Source: Nostoc sp. DedSLP01 (GTDB lineage: Bacteria; Cyanobacteriota; Cyanobacteriia; Cyanobacteriales; Nostocaceae). From it: a DNA stretch of 64,000 nucleotides. The DNA lies in contig JAVRCJ020000017.1 in the NCBI GenBank assembly GCA_034530875.2, positions 32,001-96,000 on the forward strand, in the 5' to 3' direction. Shown one piece after another: positions 18,669-28,759 of this stretch. The notes below the pieces were generated by a model. It was not told the DNA's origin. It did not search any database and was given only the letters and a program-made list of their open reading frames with translations. The position numbers and the translations under genes were made by a program. Numbering within the stretch: the stretch's first letter is position 1; each line of letters begins with the position of its first letter.

Positions 18669-19892
18669 CTATTGGTAATTGACTAAGCTCAGCCTTTCAA
18701 GTTGGGCTTCGATCGCTGCTAAAAGTTGCTCTTGCTGCCAATCTTGCCTCAGATGGGCAGCTATACAAGCTGCCCCAGCACCCACACCTTCTTTAACAAA
18801 GCCCTGCTCGTAAGCTCTCAGTTGGGGATAACAAGAATTACTAAAGTTGAGAGTAGTTGCTAATAAAGGAGGAGCTGTTGCAATCACAGTTGAACTACCT
18901 TTAGTTAAACTCAGAGCTAAGTCAACAGTAGCGCCGGTAGGATCTTCTGCCACCCACCGCGTTGTACCTACAACTACTTCTTCTGGCTGCCATGATAAAG
19001 CGTAAGCTTGAGCGATCGCACTCATTAGCGCATAAACCGCTAGCATTTGCGTCCCTCCAGCCAGCAGAACACCACAACTACGACTAGCAGCGATCGCCAT
19101 TCCAGCCACCACTACCTGCATCGGATCGCCCACACCAGCAACCAGTTTTAGAGGGTCAAGAGAATTTTGAATTTTAGATTTTGGATTTTGGATTGAAAAT
19201 TGGGATTCGATCTCCCCCTGCTCCCCTGCTTCCCTGCTCCCCTGCTCTCCTGCTCCGATCCTCTCCAATCCAGCTTGCACTAGCGCCCACTTTTGCGCGT
19301 GGTTACAAACAGGGTGGCTACTGTTAACTTTTCCGGCAGCTTCTATACCTAAACCAGTTAAAATTGCCAAAGCAGTTGTAGTGCCTCCAACGACGCACTC
19401 ACTAATAATCAGATATCCCTGTTGAATATTGGCAGCAAGGCGTTCTCCCCAAAGTAGCCCTTGTTCGAGCAAATAATGTACCGTCGTGATTTCCATAGCA
19501 GTGCCACCACTTAAACATTTAGCAGGAGCGCCACCCAAATCGATCGCTGGAACAGCGGGAGCCAGCGGTAAACCAGCATTAAACAAATGCACTGGTATTT
19601 TTAGCGACTCCAAAACAGCACGAGAAATCAACACAGGCGAAGCCCCAGCTGCCAATGGTGGTAAGGAATATTGCGGCTGATGTTCCGCACCGTAGTATAA
19701 AAACTCGGCATCCGCACAAGCAGTATATTTCCGATCCTCTGGAGTGCGACCGGCTGCTGAAATTCCTGGAATTAAACCAGTTTCAGTAAATCCTAAAACA
19801 CAAGCAAAAATCGGTAGAGAACCACGATACCGTCGCAGCCATTCTTCACCCTGTTCTTTTTGGGTATAAATACGAATTTGAGAATTGGGCAT
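18669..19892 (-). CDS. cobT: nicotinate-nucleotide-dependent phosphoribosyltransferase CobT (TIGR00303-like)
   Basis: IPGISAAG, ECVVGGTTTA, LLAGGTQM and GFVKEGVGAG. Start uncertain (ATG 19892 or TTG 19919). Confidence 0.85.
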   Translation of the reverse strand: MPNSQIRIYTQKEQGEEWLRRYRGSLPIFACVLGFTETGLIPGISAAGRTPEDRKYTACADAEFLYYGAEHQPQYSLPPLAAGASPVLISRAVLESLKIPVHLFNAGLPLAPAVPAIDLGGAPAKCLSGGTAMEITTVHYLLEQGLLWGERLAANIQQGYLIISECVVGGTTTALAILTGLGIEAAGKVNSSHPVCNHAQKWALVQAGLERIGAGEQGSREAGEQGEIESQFSIQNPKSKIQNSLDPLKLVAGVGDPMQVVVAGMAIAASRSCGVLLAGGTQMLAVYALMSAIAQAYALSWQPEEVVVGTTRWVAEDPTGATVDLALSLTKGSSTVIATAPPLLATTLNFSNSCYPQLRAYEQGFVKEGVGAGAACIAAHLRQDWQQEQLLAAIEAQLERLSLVNYQ

Positions 19893-20083
19893 GGGAGATG
19901 GGAAGGCAGGGGAGGACAAGGGGCAAAGGGCAAAGGAGGCAGGAGGCAGGGGGCAGGGGGCAGAAGGCAGGAGGCGGAGGAGGCAGGAGGCAGGAGGAGG
20001 CAGGGGGCAGAAGGCAGAGGAAAACTAATGACCAATGACTAATGACTGATGACTAATGACTAATGACTAATGACTAATGACTA
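19884..20083. repeat. purine-rich GGCAGGA/GGCAGGG tract plus TGACTAA heptamer array
   Basis: About 130 nt of almost pure purine with ggcagg units, followed by several tandem tgactaa copies. Confidence 0.85.
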
Positions 20084-20818
20084 TCCTTCATAATCCATGA
20101 GGACTTGTACCCAGTGGGGTGGGCGGGGAATGGGGTTGCCCAGGCGGTCAAAAAGCAGCCATGCTGTGAGGTGTACTACAAAAAGGTAAATAAAGTTATT
20201 AAGTACAATTAAAGCGATCGCGCCTATTTGAATCAAAAATACGCTGGGAGTGGTTAATAAACTCAGCTTTAGAAATATCCACTCGATAAATTCACTCACC
20301 TGCGTAATTACATAAATCCAGAGGTCTTCACCTGATAATAAAGACAATAACCACAATCTAAAAAAGACTCCTAAAGTACCTAACAGCGTACCCAAGGTTA
20401 TAGAAATCAACCAAGGAACGCGACGACGATACCAGGCTGCACCCAAAAGCACGCCCATAAAGGCGTAGGGCATGACAAATAGCAAACTGCGGGCTGGGCC
20501 CATCAGTACCGTCAACAGTAACCCAGAAGTCAGTGCTGCCATCCATGCTGCTCGTTTGTCCCAACGAAGATAAACTAGGGCAATGGGTATGGGAAAAAAT
20601 ATCCGCAAAACTGGCCCCAAGGGAAAATAAAAATTAATAAACCAAATCAAGCTAGCAGTACTGGCTAAAAAGGCTGTTTCCACCATTCTTAAGGGGGCAT
20701 CAGCTTTGAGTTGAGGACGGCTTAACTCTTGTTTATCTAACCAACGATCCGCAGGAGTTTCAGATTCCGGGGATGGCTCTTCCTCTGGCTCATCTGGCAG
20801 AGAATTTAAAATACTCAT
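20081..20818 (-). CDS. DUF2232-family membrane protein
   Basis: MVETAFLAS...FPIPIALVYLRW and multiple TM segments. It lies between the crp-like gene and cobT. Confidence 0.8.
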   Translation of the reverse strand: MSILNSLPDEPEEEPSPESETPADRWLDKQELSRPQLKADAPLRMVETAFLASTASLIWFINFYFPLGPVLRIFFPIPIALVYLRWDKRAAWMAALTSGLLLTVLMGPARSLLFVMPYAFMGVLLGAAWYRRRVPWLISITLGTLLGTLGVFFRLWLLSLLSGEDLWIYVITQVSEFIEWIFLKLSLLTTPSVFLIQIGAIALIVLNNFIYLFVVHLTAWLLFDRLGNPIPRPPHWVQVLMDYEG

Positions 20819-20831
20819 ATTCTGACAAGTT

Positions 20832-21497
20832 TTAAACTATCATCCTTTCCAAGGCCGACATATCGGGAATACAGATAATGTCTTGATCCCGTTTAATCAA
20901 GCCTTTTTTTTCTAGCCTTGTCAAGACTCGCGTTACTGTTTCCCGTGCCAGCCCACTCAAACTACTCAATTCCCGATGAGGTAAATTCGGAATTTCGGTT
21001 CCTGTTTGCCCTTTTTTTCCCTGTCCTTCTGCCAAAAACAGCAACGTATCTGCTACCCGCGACTGACTATGAGATTCGCGCAAACGTAAACGCCGATTCA
21101 CTTGCTGTAAACGCTCTGCCATTAGTTTTGCTAATCGCAGTCCTGCCAAGGGTTCCATTTTCAGTAAATTGCTAAAATCTGAAGCTGGCATACTGCCAAT
21201 TACCGTTGGGGTTAGGGTAATCACATCAGTGGTTCGCCGTTTTTCGCTCAAAACTGCCATTTCACCAAATAATTCCTCTTTGCCAAGAATATTTAGTGTT
21301 ACCTCTTTCCCTTCTAAATTATAAGTACGAATTTTTACCCATCCCTCTCTGATAAAATACACAGCACCACCCCAGTCATTTTCTAGCACGATCACTTGAT
21401 TAGCTGGGTGAGTGCGGGTTACGAGATGGGTAAGGGCTGTTTCCACAACTGCTTCTGGCAAACCCTCAAAAAAGGAGGGCACATATCGGTCTTCCAT
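20832..21497 (-). CDS. Crp/Fnr-family transcriptional regulator
   Basis: cNMP-binding domain (LFGEMA...RTTDV) and HTH ELSSLSGLARETVTRVL. Confidence 0.92.
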   Translation of the reverse strand: MEDRYVPSFFEGLPEAVVETALTHLVTRTHPANQVIVLENDWGGAVYFIREGWVKIRTYNLEGKEVTLNILGKEELFGEMAVLSEKRRTTDVITLTPTVIGSMPASDFSNLLKMEPLAGLRLAKLMAERLQQVNRRLRLRESHSQSRVADTLLFLAEGQGKKGQTGTEIPNLPHRELSSLSGLARETVTRVLTRLEKKGLIKRDQDIICIPDMSALERMIV

Positions 21498-22042
21498 TAG
21501 GACATTTTTTTAGCTGCTATATATACACGAAAGACAAGAGCATTTTTTTAAGCGTCAGCAATCAAAGCACAGCCACCTTTCAACAATAAAAATAACCTAT
21601 GCTTTACAAAAAAGCGATCGCAGAGTTTTTCTAAACAATTTTTACATATACGTTTAAATAAAGTAAAAGTTCTGCAAAACTAGTTTATAGCCTGCTGAAG
21701 TATTACTTAGGGGCTAGCTGTACTGCAAACTTGATTACTCTTGATTACTTAAGAATAAACCAAACAACATTTATCATACTCAAGCCAGTAAATTATTGCT
21801 CGCATATTTCTAGCGGTTTTGAGCAATCAGGCTAAGCTTGTTGAATAAACACTGATTGAAGATTGCCACTCCTCCCAGTAATCCATAACATAATGACAGT
21901 CACAAGTCCAACTAGCGGCTTTTGCAACTCAAAATGTATCCTATGGCAGATGCTGTTGCTAGCTTGCTTCCCTGTAGGGATAAGGTGATTGTAAAGTAAT
22001 TGTCACAATAGTTGACGTACAGTTATAGCTAAGGTAAAAAAA

Positions 22043-25000
22043 GTGACTTCCAGTGCAGATGAAATTCAAAGACTGATCGCAGATATTGACAACTTGCTTG
22101 CCAGTGGTGGGAAGCGCGTGTCTAGATTTCTGTCTGGCCAGGGGCAAGAACCTAAAGAAGTTTTAGAAAGGATTCGCGGCTTTTTGGCAAAGCTACAAGA
22201 GAAAGAAGCATTAGATAGCGGTATCCAAAATCAGTCTTTGAGAGAGCAGCCATCCCCTTTGTTAACAAAATTGAGCGATCGCAGTCAAGATCGCCTTTTT
22301 CTACCACCATCCGACCCCACTCAAGAATACAGTAGCTCTGAAGCAGAACAATTAAAAACTGATTTTTCCAGATTAATACAGCCTTTACGGGCTGAATTAG
22401 AAGGGCTGTTGCAAGAACGAGCCGCCCTAGTACAAGAAATTCGGCTCTTAGAGCAAAAGCGATTGCAAAACTACTCCTTAGCGCAGCAGTTGACAAATCA
22501 AGAGCAGACAATTACCGAGTTTTTACAGGTACTCATGAGCCGCCTGGTGCCAACTTTGACGCCCATTGTCGGACAAACTTCGCCAGAAAGCGATCGCCAA
22601 AACTCAGAACCAGTATCTTTTACAACCCAACCTTATTTAGAATCACCAGACCGCGTACAGCGATTAAACCAGCTGGCTCAAGATTTAGACCAACGTTTAC
22701 TCTCGCTAGATGGGACTGTGAATGTTGTCTTTAACGCTTTGCAACGCAACATTAACACCTATTACGAATCCCTATCCCAAGCACTCGCAAGAATGCATAG
22801 CCAGGGAATGCAGGGCGAACAGTTGATGGCTAGTTTTCTCAACAATTTGACCCAGTATTTGCAGCAACAATCGCCTAGTTCTCCATTCTCTTTCCTGGGA
22901 ATAGAAACTGAAACATCACTTGCATCAGAACCTCAATCACCTGATATTAATGCTGAAGCTTCCCTCCAACTTTTAGATTTGATACAGCCAGACAAAACTA
23001 ATGCTGAGCAACAGAATACTAGTCTGACAGAAGATTTTGATGCAGTGCTGTTGCAGCTTGGCTTAGACCCGTCACCATCTTCTGAAAATGAGGCTGAATT
23101 ACCAGAAGAAATTTCTGCATTAATAGCTGATGAAGTAGACCAACTTTATGCGAGTTTGTTTGGTACTAGTAATGATTCATTAGCTGCTGCTACAACTTCG
23201 CCATCAACTTTAGACATCCCTGAAGAGACGCCTGTTGTCTCTCCAACACTAAATTTGGAAATCCTGGCATCTGATACTTTTTTTGCACAGCCGAATGCGG
23301 GTATTTCTAATGTAGGCAATGCTCAAGCTGCCTCAGAAACTATAGATTCACAAGAAGGATTATTTTTTGCAGAGGATACTGGGCAAGCCTCAGCACCAGA
23401 AATTTCGGCAGCGAACAGTTTGCCAATACAACTCGAAACCGAACTAGAAGTTGATGAAATAATTAATAATTTAACTGATTTATTGCCTGATGGAGTTACT
23501 GATGGGGAACTTCAGGAAGTACAGCCCACTGTGAGTAATGCCATAACTACACCAGCGATCGCTCCAGAAATATTAGAAATTACTTTGGCAAAGGCTATCG
23601 AAGGTGTCGCCACAGATGACACAAGCGATTCTCAAGAACCTTCTTTAGATAACTATATTCCAGCTTCGCCACAAGAAAATTTACTTTCTGTAGAGTCAAA
23701 TCAGGCTCCTGTCATTCATGATATTTCTTTAGATGAACAACAGTTGCAGCAATTAGATCGGGACTTGGCTAATTTTGACCGGCAGCTAAATTCTGAGTTT
23801 GAACCAATTACAAACTTAGATGTAGTTCCTGAATCTATTAGCGAAACTCAAGACACAATTCCTACAATTTTTCCCGAACAACCCTCGGAAAATCTCGAAA
23901 TAACAGCAAACACTTTCGCAATTCCTCAGGTAGAAACTGACTTATATATAGAGCCAAAAACTGAAAAAAAAAATCAACAAACATCTCGCGTTTCAGAAAG
24001 TTATGTACCCCCGACTTCCAACTTAATCGACAATAGAGAAGTTTCATCCAATATTCTAAAATCAGTCTGGTATTTAGGAATTGATTTGGGTACAACAGGA
24101 ATTTCCGCTGCATTATTAGATAGTTCTTCTTTGGTTGTACATCCTATCTACTGGTCAACAGAAAATTCATCGACAACAACTTCTTTCCAGCAATCATTTC
24201 GTTTACCAACAGAAGTTTATCTGCCCATAGCTTCTATACCCCACAGCGAACATGAAAGCAACGAAACGCACGAGCAAACAGCACCGGCGGCTGTTGCCAG
24301 AGATAAAAATCCTGCCCCAGCCAGAGCGACAGGAGATTCAACAAATAATCTTTACTCGGCACAGTTGAAGCCTTATTTACAATTAGCCATTCCTTACAAG
24401 AGCGAAAAGCAAAAATGGGAACCTGTTTTACAATTAAATGAATTCTCGGCAGGGCCGTTAATTTGGGTTGTACGATCGCTCTCGAAATTATTGTTAACTC
24501 TCAAGTCAGACCGAGGTAGTACCACTCCTAGTTTAATTGCTGCCGCTGTTGGAATTAGCGAAGAAAGTTTTCCTCAAATTCTTAATAATATTGCTGGTGT
24601 AATTTGCACTTGTCCATCTAATTGGTCAGAACAATATCGCTTCAACGTTAGAGAAGCTATACTCACTAGCAAACTTGTCCAACACCCCCAGCAAGTGTTT
24701 TTTGTCGAAGAAGCGATCGCTAGTTTACTCCCAGAACTAGATACTGCTAAGGGCGAGCAAATCAAATTAAAATTAAGCCCAGAACAAGATTCTCATCCGG
24801 CAAAAACTACCGAAAATTCCTTTGTCGGCAATACCCTCGTCATTAATATTGGCGCAGCTGCTACAGAAATGTTGTTGGTAGATGTACCAGAAAGCTTGGG
24901 GCAATTGACATACAGTGATTTCATGCTCCACAGTTTTGCATACTCTGGCAAGGGAATCGAACAAGACATTATCTGTCAGCTACTTTTACCACCTAAATCT

Positions 25001-25987
25001 CGGCGAACGCGCACAGAAACCCCAAGTCAGAACAAAACTGCCACTACTAATCCCTGGCAATGGCAACCCTCAATTCCTGGCTTAGACCAAATGCATTGGC
25101 AGAGTTTGGGATTGGAAGAATTAGAACTACCCAGAGTCGGCGAACCCGATATTAAGGCTCGGATTCGTCTCCAACAGCGTCTAGAAAGTTCATTGCTGGG
25201 ACAGGCTGTATTAGATGCAGCATTGGCTCTGAAGCTGATTTTACAACACCAAGACTCCTTCACCTTGGAATTAGGCGATCGGCAATGGATTTTAGAGCGC
25301 CGGGACTTAGAAAGCCAAGTATTTATTCCCTTTGTTCGCCGCTTAAACCGCGAACTCAACAAATTATTAGTAGCTCGTGGTATTCCCACAGAAGCAATCA
25401 ATCAAGCTATCCTAACTGGTGGTGTAGCTTCTGTCGGAACCGTGAACCGTTGGCTGCGGCAAAAACTCCCCAGCGCTAAAATTATTCAAGATTTGTATCT
25501 CGGTGAAAACGGCGCTCCTAATTGCAGTCGAGTTGCTTATGGTTTAGCGATGCTACCTTTGCATCCCCAAGTATTAGATATACCCAGGCAACAATACACT
25601 GATTATTTCCTGTTTACAGAATTGCTGCGCGTGCTACCAGATAGACCTTTATCTTTTGGTGAAGTTATCCAGTTATTTGAAAGTCGCGGGATCAATACCC
25701 GCACTTGTCAGCAACGCTTGCTGGCATTTTTGGAAGGTGAATTACCATCGGGTTTGATACCTTCAGTCACAGACTCAAGCTGGCTGACTCACAGTTCTCA
25801 GGAAAATCTTGACTATCAGGCGATCGCCGCTACACCACTTTTTGATAAGCAAGGCAGTCTTACCTATCGTCCCAATTCCCAACAACTTACATCTTTGCGC
25901 CGCTACCTAGACGCTATTAAAGCTAGCAATCAGCAATCACTAGAGGAACCATATACTGTAAATTTCGCTCTAGAGGTTCATAATTAA
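22043..25987 (+). CDS. large protein with an N-terminal coiled coil, acidic linker and C-terminal Hsp70/actin-like ATPase fold
   Basis: YLGIDLGTTGISAA, EEAIAS, TLVINIGAAATE, AILTGG and VAYGLA motifs, in Hsp70-like order. Confidence 0.7.
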   Translation: MTSSADEIQRLIADIDNLLASGGKRVSRFLSGQGQEPKEVLERIRGFLAKLQEKEALDSGIQNQSLREQPSPLLTKLSDRSQDRLFLPPSDPTQEYSSSEAEQLKTDFSRLIQPLRAELEGLLQERAALVQEIRLLEQKRLQNYSLAQQLTNQEQTITEFLQVLMSRLVPTLTPIVGQTSPESDRQNSEPVSFTTQPYLESPDRVQRLNQLAQDLDQRLLSLDGTVNVVFNALQRNINTYYESLSQALARMHSQGMQGEQLMASFLNNLTQYLQQQSPSSPFSFLGIETETSLASEPQSPDINAEASLQLLDLIQPDKTNAEQQNTSLTEDFDAVLLQLGLDPSPSSENEAELPEEISALIADEVDQLYASLFGTSNDSLAAATTSPSTLDIPEETPVVSPTLNLEILASDTFFAQPNAGISNVGNAQAASETIDSQEGLFFAEDTGQASAPEISAANSLPIQLETELEVDEIINNLTDLLPDGVTDGELQEVQPTVSNAITTPAIAPEILEITLAKAIEGVATDDTSDSQEPSLDNYIPASPQENLLSVESNQAPVIHDISLDEQQLQQLDRDLANFDRQLNSEFEPITNLDVVPESISETQDTIPTIFPEQPSENLEITANTFAIPQVETDLYIEPKTEKKNQQTSRVSESYVPPTSNLIDNREVSSNILKSVWYLGIDLGTTGISAALLDSSSLVVHPIYWSTENSSTTTSFQQSFRLPTEVYLPIASIPHSEHESNETHEQTAPAAVARDKNPAPARATGDSTNNLYSAQLKPYLQLAIPYKSEKQKWEPVLQLNEFSAGPLIWVVRSLSKLLLTLKSDRGSTTPSLIAAAVGISEESFPQILNNIAGVICTCPSNWSEQYRFNVREAILTSKLVQHPQQVFFVEEAIASLLPELDTAKGEQIKLKLSPEQDSHPAKTTENSFVGNTLVINIGAAATEMLLVDVPESLGQLTYSDFMLHSFAYSGKGIEQDIICQLLLPPKSRRTRTETPSQNKTATTNPWQWQPSIPGLDQMHWQSLGLEELELPRVGEPDIKARIRLQQRLESSLLGQAVLDAALALKLILQHQDSFTLELGDRQWILERRDLESQVFIPFVRRLNRELNKLLVARGIPTEAINQAILTGGVASVGTVNRWLRQKLPSAKIIQDLYLGENGAPNCSRVAYGLAMLPLHPQVLDIPRQQYTDYFLFTELLRVLPDRPLSFGEVIQLFESRGINTRTCQQRLLAFLEGELPSGLIPSVTDSSWLTHSSQENLDYQAIAATPLFDKQGSLTYRPNSQQLTSLRRYLDAIKASNQQSLEEPYTVNFALEVHN

Positions 25988-26288
25988 GGTTAGTACTGCT
26001 ACGCAAAAGTCACAAACAGCCACATTGTAAGTCAAGTTGTTTTTAATCAAAAAATAGCTTGCTATTATAACATTAGTTTTCCAATTTGACAGCACAATAC
26101 TATAAATTTACAATCTGGCTGCCTAATTGAAAGATTCTGTAAACTTTATATTTTCAGTTTTTTTCTCATTATACTTTTGTGTATATTAGCACTCAGTAGT
26201 AGAGGCAAAAACATTCAAAATTGAGAAGAATTATGTCTATGTCTAGACTACTGCTACAAAAATTACTGTTGTAGAGAAGTTAGCTCTT

Positions 26289-26936
26289 GTGATTTATTCT
26301 TGTTCCCTTGATTGCTCGCAACAGCCCTCGCACCCTTCAACTATAAGCTTGACAAAACGATTAATTGATATAGTTGGAGCCATTTTCGGGCTAATTATTA
26401 CATTTATGGTGGCAATTCCTGTAGCAATTGTTACCTTAATTTACGACCCCAATCCAATATTTTATTCTCAAATTCGCTGCGGTTTAAATGGAAAGCCTTT
26501 CCGGATATGGAAATTCCGGTCTATGGTTATGGATGCCGATAAATTCAAGCATTTAGTTACAAACCAAGCTCAAGGTCACATCTTTAAATCTGTTGACGAT
26601 CCTCGAATTACTCCTGTGGGTAAATTTTTGCGACGTACTAGCTTGGATGAATTACCCCAATTTTGGAATGTTTTGTTAGGGGACATGAGCTTAGTAGGTA
26701 CTCGTCCACCCACTCTTGATGAAGTCAAGCATTACGATCCACACCATTGGGATAGATTGCGAGTCAAACCAGGCATTACTGGAGAATGGCAAGCTAATGG
26801 TCGTTCTAGCATTACAGACTTTGAAACCATCGTCAAGATGGATATGGATTATCAGCATAAATGGTCTGTAACTTACGACTTGAGTCTGATTATGAAAACA
26901 ATTTGGGTAGTTTTGAGAAAGACTGGTGCTTATTAG
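26289..26936 (+). CDS. sugar transferase (Bac_transf, phosphoglycosyl transferase)
   Basis: KRLIDI, KFRSM, DPRITPVGKFLRRTSLDELPQFWNVLLGDMSLVG and KPGITG. Confidence 0.9.
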   Translation: MIYSCSLDCSQQPSHPSTISLTKRLIDIVGAIFGLIITFMVAIPVAIVTLIYDPNPIFYSQIRCGLNGKPFRIWKFRSMVMDADKFKHLVTNQAQGHIFKSVDDPRITPVGKFLRRTSLDELPQFWNVLLGDMSLVGTRPPTLDEVKHYDPHHWDRLRVKPGITGEWQANGRSSITDFETIVKMDMDYQHKWSVTYDLSLIMKTIWVVLRKTGAY

Positions 26937-26988
26937 ATTTAGTCATTAGTTTTTTCGGCTTCCCGGCGTCTCCTTATCTCTACTTTCT

Positions 26989-27825
26989 TCAGCCCTTGAC
27001 GCCGCTACCAGTTTCCGTGGGTACAATGTAACGTTGTAAAAAGAGGAAGAGTAATAAGACTGGAGCGATCGCAATTACTGAGCCAGCTGCTACCAACCGC
27101 CAATCAAGAGAAAATGTCCCGGCTAGCTTGGCCACTCCCAGAGGAAGAGTGTATAAATTTTCGTCTTGAATGACAATTAAAGGCCACAAAAAGTCACTCC
27201 AAGCCCCAATAAATACAAAAATAGCTAAAGTTACTAATGCTGGGCGAATTGCTGGTAACATCACGTGCCACCACAAACCCAACTCGGAACTGCCATCCAT
27301 ACGGGCAGCTTCTTCTATTTCTTTGGGAACGCCCATAAAAGCTTGGCGCAACAGAAAAATCCCAAAAGCAGAAGCTAAACTAGGAAAAATCATTCCTAAA
27401 TAGGTGTTTCTCAAGCCCAACTGGACTGTCAAGATATAAAGAGGAATCATCACGATTTGGAAGGGGATCATAATCGTAGAGACAATCGCCACAAAAATCC
27501 AGTCTCGCCCGACGAATGATAACCTTGCCAAAGGATAAGCGGCTAAAGCGCAAAACAGCAGATTTAAGCCCACAGTCAGCACAGACACCAAGGCGCTGTT
27601 ATATAAATATTGTCCAAAAGGTAAAGATTGCCAAACACTAGAAAAGTTATCTAGTGTGGGCGATGCAGGCAATAGCTGTGGCGGCGACTGCAAAATATTT
27701 TCCGTAGGTGATTTCAAGGCTGTACTAATCAGCCACAGTAAAGGAAATAGCATCACCAATGCGATCGCTCCTAATAGGACGTACATTAGTAGAGTTTGCG
27801 ATCGTGATTTTTTCGAGTTCAGCAT
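26989..27825 (-). CDS. carbohydrate ABC transporter permease (MalG/UgpE-like)
   Basis: EEAARMDG EAA motif and six TM segments. ATG 27825 preferred over TTG 27903. Confidence 0.9.
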   Translation of the reverse strand: MLNSKKSRSQTLLMYVLLGAIALVMLFPLLWLISTALKSPTENILQSPPQLLPASPTLDNFSSVWQSLPFGQYLYNSALVSVLTVGLNLLFCALAAYPLARLSFVGRDWIFVAIVSTIMIPFQIVMIPLYILTVQLGLRNTYLGMIFPSLASAFGIFLLRQAFMGVPKEIEEAARMDGSSELGLWWHVMLPAIRPALVTLAIFVFIGAWSDFLWPLIVIQDENLYTLPLGVAKLAGTFSLDWRLVAAGSVIAIAPVLLLFLFLQRYIVPTETGSGVKG

Positions 27826-27899
27826 TTGATTAATAACTTGCGAGTTTTGGAAATATAAATTTTTGAATTGATAATTTTTTAATTCATTATTTAATAGTG

Positions 27900-28496
27900 T
27901 CAATTGGAATTAAGAAATGTTTCAATACTCTTAGTAAGTAGCTGCCTTTCTTCATAGCTAAAACTTCTATAACATTCATTTAGAGGTAAATTCTTGCCTG
28001 ATACTGATTTTAGATTAAAGCGATAAACTTTACCATCTTCACCATCACCTTCTTCTATTTGTAAACCTACAATTTGACTTAGTGGATATTCAATTACTTG
28101 AGTACTGAACCATTTGTAATTATTTATTTTTATACTATTAGATTCTTTATCAAAAGTGTAATTGCTAAATGGAACAACTGCTAAAATCAACAAAGTGATT
28201 ATAAAAAATAAAATTGCTATGCCATAAGCTTCAAATAACATTTCCGTCGTTAAATCTGGAATAAAAAATACAGAAATTATTAATAATATTGCTATTGTTA
28301 AAGGAAATACCGCAAAAAATAAACTCAAAGTTCTAAAAAATACAATTCTAATTTGAAATATAAGTCTTGTAGAAGTTTGTTCAAAAATTTCTATGTCTGG
28401 GCGAACAAAAGGCAAAAAGAATATAATTAACATCAAGCCGAACGCAATCAAAGAAAAAATCCAGCCAGCAAATTGAGAAGATACATTTTGTAGCAT
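27900..28496 (-). CDS. hypothetical membrane protein
   Basis: AT-rich ORF with 3 TM segments and a soluble C-terminal domain. Confidence 0.6.
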   Translation of the reverse strand: MLQNVSSQFAGWIFSLIAFGLMLIIFFLPFVRPDIEIFEQTSTRLIFQIRIVFFRTLSLFFAVFPLTIAILLIISVFFIPDLTTEMLFEAYGIAILFFIITLLILAVVPFSNYTFDKESNSIKINNYKWFSTQVIEYPLSQIVGLQIEEGDGEDGKVYRFNLKSVSGKNLPLNECYRSFSYEERQLLTKSIETFLNSN

Positions 28497-28526
28497 AAAA
28501 AAGAATCGATCGCTTTTTTATAATCA

Positions 28527-28638
28527 TAGGTTTGGTTGAGGAAGGCCGTAAGATCCCGCAGGGTAAACCAAAATTTTTCCTGGGTTATTAGGTTTCACTT
28601 TATACCACTTCCTAAAAGGCAACTACAAGCCAACCTAC
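28527..28638. repeat. REP-like element carrying an SDR-like insert
   Basis: taggtttgg...ccaaccta inverted ends. The internal cccgcagggta resembles the 3' ends of the repeats at 14146-14171 and 21958-21982. Confidence 0.4.
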
Positions 28639-28759
28639 GCAGTTTACAGTATTGAAGCATAACGCATCGTCACAAGTTCAAGGTGCGTTGTCGTACAGCG
28701 CAACGCACCCTACATCTCTAATTTATTCTCAATTGTGCTTTCTACAGTTTTCACTAAAA

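Noticed and set aside
19793..20042. ORFs 19793-20035 (-) and 19860-20042 (+)
   Set aside because: They are translations of a low-complexity repeat tract and overlap cobT.
20025..20083. Tandem repeats as a possible CRISPR array
   Set aside because: Contiguous 7-mers without unique spacers. No repeat-spacer array or cas gene was seen anywhere in the window.
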